Source: Heterodontus francisci (Eukaryota). From it: 64,000 nt of DNA. Shown piece by piece: positions 39,367 through 50,877 of this stretch. The DNA is taken from positions 55,814,335 through 55,878,334 of the forward strand of contig NC_090393.1 in NCBI RefSeq assembly GCF_036365525.1, read 5' to 3'. A program made the position numbers and the translations under genes. The notes beneath the pieces are model-generated. The model did not search any database. It had not been told where the DNA came from and saw only the letters and a program-made list of their open reading frames with translations. Numbering within the stretch: the first letter of the stretch is position 1; each line of letters starts with the position of its first letter.

Positions 39367-39695
39367 TCACTCGCAAGCTGATCTCTTGATGCTTTGCTTG
39401 ACTTGAGACCCGAGAGACTCATGTGTAACCCCACAGGTGTACACTTCATGCGAGTTCCACTCGGTAGCGGCCAGGGTCAGATAACTGCTCACACTGTACG
39501 TCTGATCGGTGTCCCGCACGGTCTGAGTCGTCTGGACACCATTCTCCATGATCTTGCCGTCAACACTCCAGGAAACTTCCACCGAATCAGGATAAAAATG
39601 ATCCACCAAACAGACCAGGGTCGCCGCCTTTGCTGCAGAGATCTGATCGGACGCCGGCGGGAGAAGGGATACCGAAGGGCTGGAGGACTCTCGGT
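39367..39695 (-). CDS. Ig light-chain constant exon (C1-set, lambda-like)
   Basis: ccctttacag| acceptor phase-compatible with J; (N)RESSSPSVSLLPPASDQISAAKAATLVCLV...W...YTCGVTHESL...SACE*; penultimate Cys for the H-L disulfide. Confidence 0.95.
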
Positions 39696-39738
39696 CTGTA
39701 AAGGGAAATAGTTTAAAGGTAGACAAGTAAATAAATAA

Positions 39739-39862
39739 TAATATTTTCTAATATTTGTCAGTTCCGATGAAGGGTCACTGACCCGAAACGTTAACTCTGC
39801 TTCTCTTTCCACAGATGCTGCCAGAACTGCTGAGTGGTTCCAGCATTTCTTGTTTTTATTTT
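39739..39862 (+). mobile_element. 124-bp Penelope-terminus insertion in the Ig J-C intron
   Basis: 14-bp TSD aagtaaataaataa; ccgatgaagggtcactgacccgaaacgttaac hammerhead-like motif. Confidence 0.8.
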
Positions 39863-40850
39863 AAGTAAATAAATAAACCAGGTTTTACTGCAATTCTGGA
39901 ACAAAGCAGTTGCTGGCGATTTTCGTGGGGTTTCCACCGTTCGTCAGCCGTAACATCGGCGGAAAGCACTGAAATACGCTACAAATTCGGTGCAATTTCT
40001 GCTAGTGTGTGAAAATGGCAACTTTTGTAAATAATAGTTAATGCCGCTAAATATTTCGAAGACTAATTCTAATTGGCTGTTGTTATTTGGATCAGGGCGG
40101 TCACATATATATCTACGGAAAAATTGCATCAAATATCAAAACATCCAACTACAGTCTTGTTGCACATTTACATTTCATGATTTAGTCTCTGTAAAAACAA
40201 TGAAGGCACACACATCAAACTATCAAAGGAAGAGGAACACACAACGGGAAAAACGCTCAGCTTTTGCTGGAGTTGTTACCCGGGATAGTTGGTACGTTTT
40301 CTACCTTTCGCTTGCAATGCTAATGCTGTTATAAGGAAATTAAATGTCCTGGCACAAACTCACGCTCTGTTCACACAGTATTTGATTTGCTTCAATAAAA
40401 TGGTTCAATAAACTGACAAAAGGATTTCATGGCAAAGCAAGAAACGAATTATCGGCGAAATATTTCTCACATTTGGAGCTCCTTTACTCTCTGACATTTA
40501 TTCGCACCTTCCCAAAATTCCGGGTAATTTTGCATTCCCCATGCCACATTCAAACACAGATGTCCTAGAGAACAACACTTCCATCCTCTTAATACTGAAT
40601 TGTCTTACCTTACGCCCCTTTCTGTCTTTGCCCTCCACATTCCTGTGCCAACTCACTAATTCATGTTTGAGGGAGTAACTATATCAGGGAACTCAGAAAG
40701 ACTCGGGGTAGATTTTGACTTTGTGCGGGTTATAATCTCCCACAACGGACTTCAACGAAAATAAAGATCATGAGAGATGTAAAACGGGCTTCAGACTCAC
40801 TATCGCGTGTTTTAATTGTCACACAAAGCCACTCTCCACTCCATGATGTC

Positions 40851-41210
40851 TGCTTTGGTACAATGGCAGCACTGTCACCTTCAAATTAGAAGGTTGTGGG
40901 TCCAATCCCCAATCCAGAGATGTAAACATAATCTAGATTTAGACTAACACTTAAGTGCATGAGGTAGCACAGCACTGTCAGAGCTGTCGTCTTTTGGATG
41001 GAGTTGAACGTCGGCCCCCTCTCACATGGCACCAAAAGGAAATAATCTGGTCATTTATTCTCATTGCTGTTTGTGGGACATGGCTGTGCTCAAATTGGCT
41101 GTCGCGTTTCTCTACAACAGTGACTACACTTGAAAAGTGATTATTTAGGTATGAATCCCTATTGAACGTTTTGAGTTTGTGAAAGGCGTTATATAAATGC
41201 AAGCTTTATT
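40851..41210 (+). mobile_element. DeuSINE in the Ig J-C intron
   Basis: Degenerate tRNA head, Deu-like core and ttatataaatgcaag tail; homologous to 8721-9075. Confidence 0.7.
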
Positions 41211-41720
41211 TAGTGCATGTGACATTACAGGCTTTAGTTATCTGGTCCCTCTTAAAAAGAACAACTCTCACTGTAGGGGTAAAATAGGGATTAACCATAC
41301 AAAGATTGCTGCTGCCTCCATTTAGACTCCAAACATAACAATGGAATCATTGCAGTTCAATGGAGAAAGGAAAAGAGGGGGATGAATCAGTAAAACGGAT
41401 TCGGTATTTGAATGTCGTATGGAGGGTGTCATAGAGAGATACAGTACTGAAGGGTGTAAATATTGACTGTTTGAAATGAATATTTGGATTAGTAAATGCC
41501 TGAGGTACTGAAATCAGTACACTTTGAGTGCCTCAACTAAACCAGCAAGTTTTCTTTGCAAGTACTGCATTGTAGGTGTATGATTAAGTACTATTTTACA
41601 TGCGCTGTATACAACATAAATCTGTGCCGCATGATTTTCAGTGTTTAGCACTTCATTGATTTGAGGTGGAAAGTGTAGATGTGCACCCCTCCCGGAATAG
41701 CACGAAGTAAAGTTACTTAC

Positions 41721-42077
41721 TTTGAACAGTCAGCTTGGTTCCAGTTCCAAATATATACTCCGTGATGGAGCCAACCCACACCGCACAGTGGTAGTTCGCC
41801 TCATCCTCCGATTGTACTTGACTGATGGTTAAAAATGCAGCGTTGGTTGATGAGCTAATCCTTCCGGAGAATCGATTTGGAGTTCCAGAGCCCCTGCTCA
41901 CACTTTGAGTATTATGGTACAGAATATAGCGAAGAACATTCTCAGATTTTTGTTGGTACCAGGATACAACTGCGTTTCCCAAGGCAACCCCAGTCAATGT
42001 ACAATTTATTTCGACATTTCTCCCCGGGGCGGTAGTAAGAGACGCTGGTTGCTTTAACGCAATCTGCGCGTTTGAAC
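41721..42077 (-). CDS. Ig light-chain pre-joined V-J exon (lambda-like)
   Basis: cttttacag| acceptor, 11-nt L-part2 (GSNA), then QIALKQPASLTTAPGRNVEINC...WYQQK...RFSG...EDEANYHC-AVWVGSITEYI-FGTGTKLTVQ and A|gtaagt donor; open frame throughout, both Cys, Trp and FGxG present, no RSS between V and J. Confidence 0.95.
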
Positions 42078-42192
42078 CTGTAAAAGAACAAAGGAGTGAT
42101 CTTCAGATACTTTAGTAACTATCTAATACTGAGCAATAAAACGTTACAGCGAGCATATCCAGAAAGGAAACGTTGGCAATTTTTTTTTTTAC

Positions 42193-42241
42193 CTGCCATC
42201 AAAAGTATCAGCACGGTGATAACATCGAACGACTCAGGCAT
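42193..42241 (-). CDS. Ig light-chain leader exon (L-part1)
   Basis: ATG at 42241; MPESFDVITVLILLMA + G|gtaaaa; 49 nt, phase 1 as typical of Ig leaders; 115-bp intron follows. Confidence 0.9.
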
Positions 42242-42316
42242 TGTGAAGACTGAAATGAGAGCAGGAATGTCGGTGGCATCCAGACGAAACCGATCAATTA
42301 TCTGATGCCCGATCTC

Positions 42317-42370
42317 TTTTTATCAACCGTGTGAATGAGGCGTTCCCGTGTGTTCTGTATCTATGCAAAT
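42317..42370 (-). promoter_or_regulatory. Ig V promoter: octamer ATTTGCAT plus TATA-like GATAAAAA
   Basis: Perfect octamer at 42363-42370 in the light-chain orientation, ~120 nt upstream of the ATG; TATA-like box at 42317-42324. Confidence 0.8.
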
Positions 42371-43589
42371 CCTTAACGAATTGGCCAAAATCAATTGGAC
42401 CACCCTCATTGATGATCAGTAATAGGTTGTTACTTTTCCAGAGACACGGGTATTAAACCATCAAGTGCATGGAGTTTTCAGAAATTGATGATACAGATTA
42501 TTCTACATTATGGCTTCCAATGTCAGAGACTGGCTCTTAACTGACTTCAGTAAAATGAGTTGCCACATTGCTAATGCATAAACAGTTTCGTAGTAAATGA
42601 ATACCAAATGAGATAAAGTTCCAGTTAAATAAGCTTCGATTAATTAAGAGCCTATAATTTTGTGTTCTTTACTAAGATCCCCTTATTTTGTTACCGACAG
42701 TCTCGGTTACTGTTAAGAGTAATTTGGGACAAGGTGAACCGCTGTAACCCGTTTTGCAGAACCAGGTCAATTATGATGGAGGTACTTAAAACACATTTGA
42801 TTTGCCACTTCGGTTGCGGGAGGGGATTCGAAACCATATTTAGAGTGATTGTGGATTGCATTCTCCAGTAAATGTCTAATGACATTCTACACCGTGCATG
42901 TGCCTAAACAGAAGCAATATAAACAAGAGATTTTGTTTTTAGTTTGCACTTGAAATTACGTGGCTCTTTAGGAACGATAATGAATTTACTATATTTTGTA
43001 TAGTAGGTTAACATGTCAGCTGTTTTGATGGCAACTCCTCGAGGGTGAGGGTGTGGACTGAAAACTGGACACTTCTATTGCAAAATATTGCTGGAAATAT
43101 AACAATCGGGTTGCACCTACTGGTGTGGAATTAACAGAAGTCAATGGGGTTTATAGGCAAGTCTTTTATGGCTGTTCTATATATGTGCGTGTTCAAGTAC
43201 TGAATATCTTACTACAACATTCAAATACTGTACAGAGTGAAGCAGGCAGGGTGTGAAGTCTTTGTAAATAAAAATCGGGTGGGGTGTAAAACCGGCTGCC
43301 GTTTCACGACCACCAGTGCTACCCTACCGCAGAGTCAAAATTGCACCCAATTAGCCCACATATGTTGGTATCTATTAATTGATACATTAAATAGCTATAT
43401 CTATTGTTCTGCAAATGCTGCATAGTTGGTAGCATAGTTCAAAGGTCCGCTGATATAGATTTGCCTCGCAACTGCAACAATAGTTTCTCCAGGGAGGTCC
43501 AACACGTTGCACCACGGATATTTGACAAAATTATTGACTCAGCCATTGACTTGGAGGTAATTAAGCTGTATATAAAGTGTATAGACCCC

Positions 43590-44168
43590 AGCCACTAGTT
43601 ATAGGCTGCACCGCTTCCCTCCTCTCAGCCATTCACTCTCACGTTTGATCATTCTCCACGCACCACCCGAAAAAGCAAGGTGGGCCACCAGGGCTGACGG
43701 GGTGATGTAGGAGCGAGTGGCCGAGTGGAGGGAAGCAGCATGGCCTAGAGCTAGTGGTTGGAGAGCAGGGTGGTGTGAACTGAGGAACAATCGTCCAGGG
43801 GAGTGGGGGGAGCAAGGGGGAGCAGCGAGGTCTGGAGCGAGCGGCTGAGGGGCAGAAATGTCGAGGTCTAGAGTGAGTTGCCGAAGGGACCAAGCTCCAG
43901 CCTCAAAGTCTTCCATTCAGCCACTTCCTCCAGCTGAGTAGGGGGAGGGGGGGGGGGGGGGGGTGGGGGGTGGCTGAAAACCTGATGATGCTTTATCGCA
44001 CATGCATGAAGATGGAACAGGCATGGACATGTGATGACATTGGCGATGCACGTTGTTGTCATCCCATGCATGCGCTATTTAGTCCTGGAAAAATGTAGCT
44101 GCGCGTGTGCATAGATTGGTGCACTCTGATGATATCAGCAGTCCGCTACTTTGTCAGGAGTCACTTTG
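43590..44168 (-). mobile_element. Second copy of the unclassified element at 2560-3250
   Basis: Reverse complement caaagtgactcctgacaaagtagcgg...ccaatctatgcacacgcgc...ccaggact aligns to 2564-2730; G-rich interior; left boundary uncertain. Confidence 0.55.
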
Positions 44169-45284
44169 GAATTTTATAGGGTGAAGCAGATAATACTTCA
44201 GAAGAGTCATGTAAAACAGAAAAGAAGAATGGGAGAGGAAGAGACAGAGAGATTAACAGTCGGTAGCCAAGATTAGTTTATTCATCTTGACAGGCTGTGA
44301 AACCAAGTTCTGGACTCTAAAATACAGAAACAACAGAATCTCTCATGGACAAAATGTCATTTGCTCACCAAAGTTAGTGACAAAATTAGATCAATACAAT
44401 TGCAAATAAAGAGCACCCTGTAATTCCTCAAATAAAGTGATTCTCTTAAATTCACTTATACCTATATCTCAGTCTATCACTGTCGCTTCTGATTCAGCTC
44501 TGACAAGATGATTATTAACAAAAAGCGTTTGTGTAAAAAGTTGAGCGGTTGTTACTGCATGTATTATTCAGTTACAAGATATTCAGTCACTATCTGTAAG
44601 ATTGTACTCCAGACTAGCCAATTTATGTCTAAGCCAAATCTATTACCTGTTCGCAAAGGTGCACTTTTAACATAATGTAATTATATTAAGACATATTTCA
44701 AGTGACATTGGCCACTCAGGTTATCTGCCCTCAAACTGGATTGTAAATGATGCACATTGCAGTTGCTGATCTTTCATATACCTGTAAACCTTATCCTTTA
44801 ATCCAAAATGCAGCAAAAAAAAATAATGACTTTTTCTAACATGATCATTGAAACATAATAAATTTTACTTGTCTTTTTTAAAACTGCAAATGCAAAATAG
44901 ATTTTGTTAAGGAATCATAGACAATTCATCATAGATTAAGGTTTATAAAAGCTATCCATTACATTATACACTAACTATTGTATATAGGTCAGCAGCATCC
45001 TGTTTTTCCAAATATCACTAATTCCCATTACATTGAACTGTTGTATTTATGAAAAACTTACACTGCTGACCTCTGGAGTTCCTTGGATTTTCTTGCATGT
45101 TTTCCCCTCAATACAAGTTCTGGAACAATGGAATTCCAAATGGAGGGCAGTGGACTTGTGACATTTATATAGAAGTAAAAGTCTAGCAGCTTGTATCTCA
45201 GGTAAAAGTAATGCATGCCAGAGCGCAGAAATCAAGACATTCCCTAAGTGTGCTTTGCCATTTTAAAATGAATTTACACAACAC

Positions 45285-45910
45285 AAGCCTCTCCTTCCTC
45301 TTCATCTCTCTATGCCTGTCTGTCTGTCTCTCCTCCCTCTCTCTCTTCATCTCTCCCTGTGTCCCCCTCTCTGTTTTCCCTATCTGTGGATCCCCTCTCT
45401 CTCCCTTTCTGACCTCTCTGTCTCTCGCTGACCACCCCCCCTCCCCCCTCTGGCCCTCTCTTTATCTCTCTGCCTCCTCCCTCTCGCTCTCTCTGCCCCC
45501 TCTCTCTCCCTGCCCCCCTTCCCCTGGGTCTCTCTCTCTCTCTCGCTCCATGTCCCCATCTCTCTCCCTGTCCCTCTCTCTCTCCTTGTCACCCCCTCTC
45601 TCTGTATCTCTCCTTGACCCCCTCTTTCCATCCCCCTCGTCTCTTTCTCTCTCTCTCCTTCTCCCCCTCTCTCAGTGCCTCTCTCTCTCTGTACCCCCTC
45701 TCTAGGTCTCTTCGTCTCACTGTCTCTCTCTGTCCCACCCACTCTCTCTCTCTCCTTGTCCCCCTCTCTCTGCCTCTCTCTCTCCCTCTTTCTCCTTGTC
45801 TCCCTCTCACTGCCTCTCTTTCTGTTCCCCTCTCTCTCTGTCCCACCCCTCTCTACCCCTCTCTCTCAGTCCCACCCCTTCTCTCTCTCTTTGCCCCTTT
45901 CTCTCTCTCT
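45285..45910. repeat. ~625-bp CT-rich polypyrimidine low-complexity tract
   Basis: Almost exclusively C/T on +. Confidence 0.95.
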
Positions 45911-46190
45911 GACAGACCGAAACACTCAGCTCAGACAAGACCACGCAGACAAGTTCGTGGTTTTCGGCGGGCTTCAAAAGAATTCAGAACCCGCCGGAAA
46001 ACCCCGAACTTGTACGAGGTTCGGAATCGCGGTCTCTGCTCCAAGCAGTAAAATTGACGGCTGTGATTTTTTTTTTGCAAATGGACTGGCCTGGAAGACG
46101 ACGCCAATGGGAAATTTCTCATCCCTGAAATTACCTCAAAATTTTACCTTGGACACTGATGTCTGTGGACGGACACGTTTCCGACCCCTG
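45911..46190. mobile_element. Probable right end of a hAT-Charlie-type element
   Basis: Ends gtttccgacccctg (reverse CAGGGGTCGGAAAC) followed by ctctaggg, resembling the Charlie target preference; left TIR not found. Confidence 0.4.
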
Positions 46191-47377
46191 CTCTAGGGTA
46201 ATTTAAAACACTTCATAGCTTTGCCTCTCTCTATCTTGTAACATCCTCCTACCATTGCTAGCCATGTCTTCCGCCGCCGAAGCCTCAGCCTTTCTAATTT
46301 CCTCCCTAACCACTGTGGTGCCTCCATCTCATTCGTCTTCAGTAACACCGTCTTGAAAGCTTACACCTTTGCCTAAACCTTTGGTCATACCCCGTAAACT
46401 CGCATCTTGGACAGTGTTTAACATTAGTTTTACTATTATTCCTCTGGGAATCGCCTTCAGCGTTTTTTTTTAACGTAAAAGTCGCATTGTAAATGCGTTT
46501 TGTTGTTGTTGAACATGTGTCCCACTCTCAATTTAACTAACAGTAACTTCCAGCTTTATCATTTCCATATAGTTAATTTTCTTATACATTGCAATAAAAT
46601 CGCCTGTCAAATGCCTACTTTCAAGGCTGAAAAAACAGTTACTCCAATCTTTCCTTACCATTTAGACTTCTACAACTTGTACAGCTCATTCTAAAATTTA
46701 AAATCTGTTTACTCCGGTACTACTGATCATCTCTCAACTTGACCAATTGGCACTGCCTTTCTCAGTTCACGACGTTGATGTAAATTAGAAGAAGTAGTGG
46801 TCCCAAAAGAAATCCCCTGGACAGTACTTCCTTCACACTGGTATAATTCCTCTGATTGTTTTCAGTCAATTTCTTATCAATACATAAGCTTTCAGCTTAC
46901 TCAATAGCTTTTCACGTGGAACCTTGTCAAATGCCATTCTTTGGTATGGCAGCAGTAAGAAAACAAATCAAATATCAACATCTAAATCAGATAACCAGGT
47001 CAAATCTTCGAGCGCAACAGCATAAATATCTTGTAGGCTGCCTGCGAATTTCGTCTGAGGGAAAAGTTCGATGATATATTCCTGGATCTGGTTAGGAACT
47101 CTGCACTCGCATGATGGGGTTATTTTAATCTTACATCTATGCGGAAGGTCACAGCTTCTAAAATAACGGTTTCTGGGGTGGTTGATGGTTGTTCTTGTGT
47201 GCGAGGAAGGTTTGATCCATCGGGTTGTATTACTGTGTCCTCTACAAAGAATTCATTGAGTATGTTGTAGTTCTTCCAAGTATTGGGCCGTCGGAAATCA
47301 AGGCTGAAATCAAGATTGCTGAAAGGGTTCGGCGATAGTCTAAAATGGCCTCCTAGATTTCAGACGGGTTGGTGATC

Positions 47378-50160
47378 GAATCATAGAATCATAGACAGTT
47401 TATGGCACAGAAAGAGGCAACTTGGCCCATTGTGTCTGTGCCGGCCGAAAAACGAGCCACCCAGTCCAGACCCACTTTTCAGCACTTGGTCCGTAGCCCT
47501 GCAGGTTATGCCACTTCCGGTGCACATCCAGACACCTTTTAAATGAGTTGAGGGTTTCTGCCTCTACCATCCTTACATGCAGTGAATTTGAGATCCCTAC
47601 CACCCTGTGGGTGAAAAAGTCTATCCTCATCTCCACTCTAAGCTTTACCAATCACTTTAAATCTATGCCTTCTACCTCTCTGCTCAGCTAAATAGGCCCT
47701 TCCCATCCACTCTATCCAGGCCCCTCACAATTTTGTACATCTCAATCAAATCTTCCCTCAGCCTCCTTTGTTCCAAGGAGAACAACCCCAGCCTATCCAA
47801 TCTTTCCTCATTGCTGAATTTTTGCAGTCCTGGCAACATCCTCATAAATCTGCTTTATACCTTCTCTAGTGCAATTACATCCTTTCTCTGACGAGTTGTC
47901 TAAAACTGCACACAATGGGTTAACTAATGATTTATACAGTTCCAGCATAACCTCCCTGCTCTTATATTCTATACCTCGACTAATAAAGGAAAGGGTTCCA
48001 TATGCCTTCTCAACCAGCTTATCGACCTGTCCTGCTACCCTCAGGGATCTGTGCACATTCACTCCAAGGTCCCTCACTTCCTCTATACCTCTCAGTATTT
48101 TCCCATTAATTGTATATTCCTTTGTCTTGTTTGACCTCCCCAAATGCATCACCTCACACTTTTCTGAGTTGAATTCCATTTGCCACTTTTCTGCCCACCT
48201 TACCAGTCCATTGACATCTTCCTGCAGTCTACAGCTATCCTTGTCACTATCAACCACATGGTCAATTTTTGTGTCGTCTGCAAACCTCTTGATCATTCCT
48301 CCTACCTTTAGTCCAAATCATTAATATATGCCACAAAAAGCATGGGACCTAGTACTGAGCCCTGCGGAACCCCACTGCAAACAGCCTTCCAGTCACCCAT
48401 CAACAATTATCCTTTGTTTTCTGCCACTGAGCCAATTTTGTATCCAGCTAACTACATTTCCCTGGATTGCATGGACTTCTTGTTAACCAGTCTGCCATGT
48501 GGAACCTTGTCAAAAGACTTGCTAAAATCCATGTAGACCACATCATTGTACTACCCTCATCAATCCTCCTTGCTACTACATCAAAAAATTCAATCAAGTT
48601 AGTCAGACACGACCTTCCCTTAGCAAATCCAAGCTGATTGTTCTTAATTAATCCATGCCCTTTTAAATGACAGTTTATCTTGTCCCTCAGAATTGATTGC
48701 AATAATTCGCCCACTACTGAAGTTAGATTGATTGGCCTATAATTGTGCGGTCTATCTATCCCTCGCTCCATTTTTAAATAAAGATACAACTTTAGCAGTT
48801 CTCTAATCATCTGGCACCACACCTGTATCCAGCGAGGACTGGAAAATGATGGTCGGACCTTCCGCTATTTCTTCCCTGGCTTCTTTTAACAGCCTGGGAT
48901 ACACTCCATCCACTTTCAATGATGCAAATTTCTTAATACTTCCTCTCTCCATATGTTTATTACATCCAATACTTCACACTCCTCATCCCTAACTACAATA
49001 TTTGCATTGTACCTCTCTTTTGTGAAGACAGACGCAAAGTATTCATTAAGAACCATACCAATATCTTCCACCCCTACACACATGGGTTACCTTTTTGGTC
49101 TTTTAAGGGCCTTACTCGTTCCTTAGTTATCGTCTTATTCTTAATATATTGATAAACATCTTTGGGTTCACCTTGATTTTGTTTGCCAATATTCTTTCAT
49201 GGACTTTCTTTGCTTTCCTAATTTCCTTTTTCATTTTACCCCTCCACTTCCTATAGCTTTCTGTAGCATTGAGTTCTTGGTGGCAGACATAAGCTTTCCT
49301 TTTCTGCCTAATCTTATCCTGTAAGCTTCTTGACATCCAGGGGACTCCAGATTTAGCCATCCCACCATTTTTCTTTGTGGGAAAATATTCATTCTGAACT
49401 CCCTGAATCTCCCCTTTGAATGGTTCCCACTGCTCTGGCACTGATTCACCATCAAGTAGCTGTTTCCAGTCCACTTTTGTCTCTAACTCCTGTTCTATCT
49501 TTGTCCTTTTCCATAATAATGTTAAAACTAGCTGAATTATGATCACTACCACCTGAATGCTCTGCCACGACCACTCCTTCCACCTGCCCAGCTTTATTTT
49601 CTAAAACTAAGTCCAAAATTGCACCCTCTCTTGTTGGTCTTCCTACATATGGGCCAAAAATGTTCTCCTGAATGCACCTCAAGAATTCTGCTCCCTCAAT
49701 TACTTTCACTTTAAAACGATACTGTTAATATTGGCATAGTTAAAATTCCCTATTACTGCCCTATTGTTTTTGCGCTCCTGGGAGATTTGTCTACATATTT
49801 ACTCATCTACCTCCCTCTGACTGTTTGGAGGTTTATAGTACACTCCTAGCAGTGTGTCTGCCCCTTTTTTGTTCCTTAGCCCAATCCATATGGCCTAATT
49901 TGATGGTCCTTCTAACATATCATCCCTTCTCACAGCTGTAATTGTTTCTTTGACTAAAATTGCCACCACTTCCTTTTTATCCCCCTCTCTATTGCGTTCG
50001 ATAACCCCGTAACCAGGAACATTGAGTGGCCATTCCTGTCCCTCTTTAAGCCATGTTTCTGCAATGGCTATGATGTCATACCGTCACGTGTCTATCTGTG
50101 CCCTCAGCTGGTCTGTTTTATTTGCTATACTCCTTGCATTGAAGTAGATATCCTTGAGCA
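47378..50160 (-). mobile_element. Long degenerate CR1 ORF2 copy
   Basis: FADDTKID, NYRPINLTS, PTREGAILDLVL, YFNARSI; (atagaatc) tail at 47378. Confidence 0.9.
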
Positions 50161-50877
50161 CTGCCAAAATCTTTTTTAAAAAATCTAACCTTTGTTTCCT
50201 CTGTCTTCCAGATTCATCCACTAATTTTCTGCTTTCCATTTTCATTTCTGATTTTGTCCCGTGAATTAGCCCCAGGTCCCCACCCCCTGCCAAACTAGTT
50301 TTAAGGTTACTTAGGTTCATCCAAGAATCAGAACAGAGCAGATGATCAGTCCTCCCTTTCCGATTCTCCAAGTAGTTGATCAGACTACTTAGTGCTGAGC
50401 TAGCTAGCCAGCAATTCGGAGCACACTTTCTTATACCCTGTTTCATGCATGCTACCTGCGTGATCAGCTCGGGATGGGCTGGACCTGACGACCCGATGTA
50501 CAGTGATTGGCTGGTCAGCTGTTGCTAATGCCGCAGGTGAGTTACATCAGCCACAGTCTGTCAATCTTTCACTGGTTTTGACGTCTGCTTATTTTTGGTA
50601 GCCTCACCCCTCACGTTTCAGCCTCATTGTATAGCTAGTTCTTTGTTCTCCAGCCGTTGACTGATAACAAGGCATTACTTCACATCCTGTCTCCAAGCAA
50701 CCAGCCCACATGGCGCATCTGTTACAAATTTAGCAGCAATTTAGACATGCCTTCATCAGACCTTGCAGGTGTTAGTACATCCACATCCCCTCAGCAGTTT
50801 CGTCACACTACATTGCTGTCTCATCACATATCCTATGTCTTTGCTGTGGACTTGTTTACCACTTTCTGCCTGCACAC

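Noticed and set aside
39927-39935. NF-kB-like intronic enhancer site GGGGTTTCC
   Set aside because: 9-mer only, with no convincing cluster of enhancer motifs
40374-40401. CACAGTA as a possible RSS in the J-C intron
   Set aside because: Poor nonamer and no adjacent coding segment
43108-43125. Reverse CTCF site that would close a loop around IgL
   Set aside because: CCAGTAGGTGCAA lacks the conserved GGC; weak match
45211-46196. Long Ser/Leu- and Arg/Glu-rich ORFs
   Set aside because: Translation of the CT tract
46311-46317. CACTGTG heptamer upstream of the Ig gene
   Set aside because: No nonamer at 12 or 23 bp; lies in old repeat-like sequence
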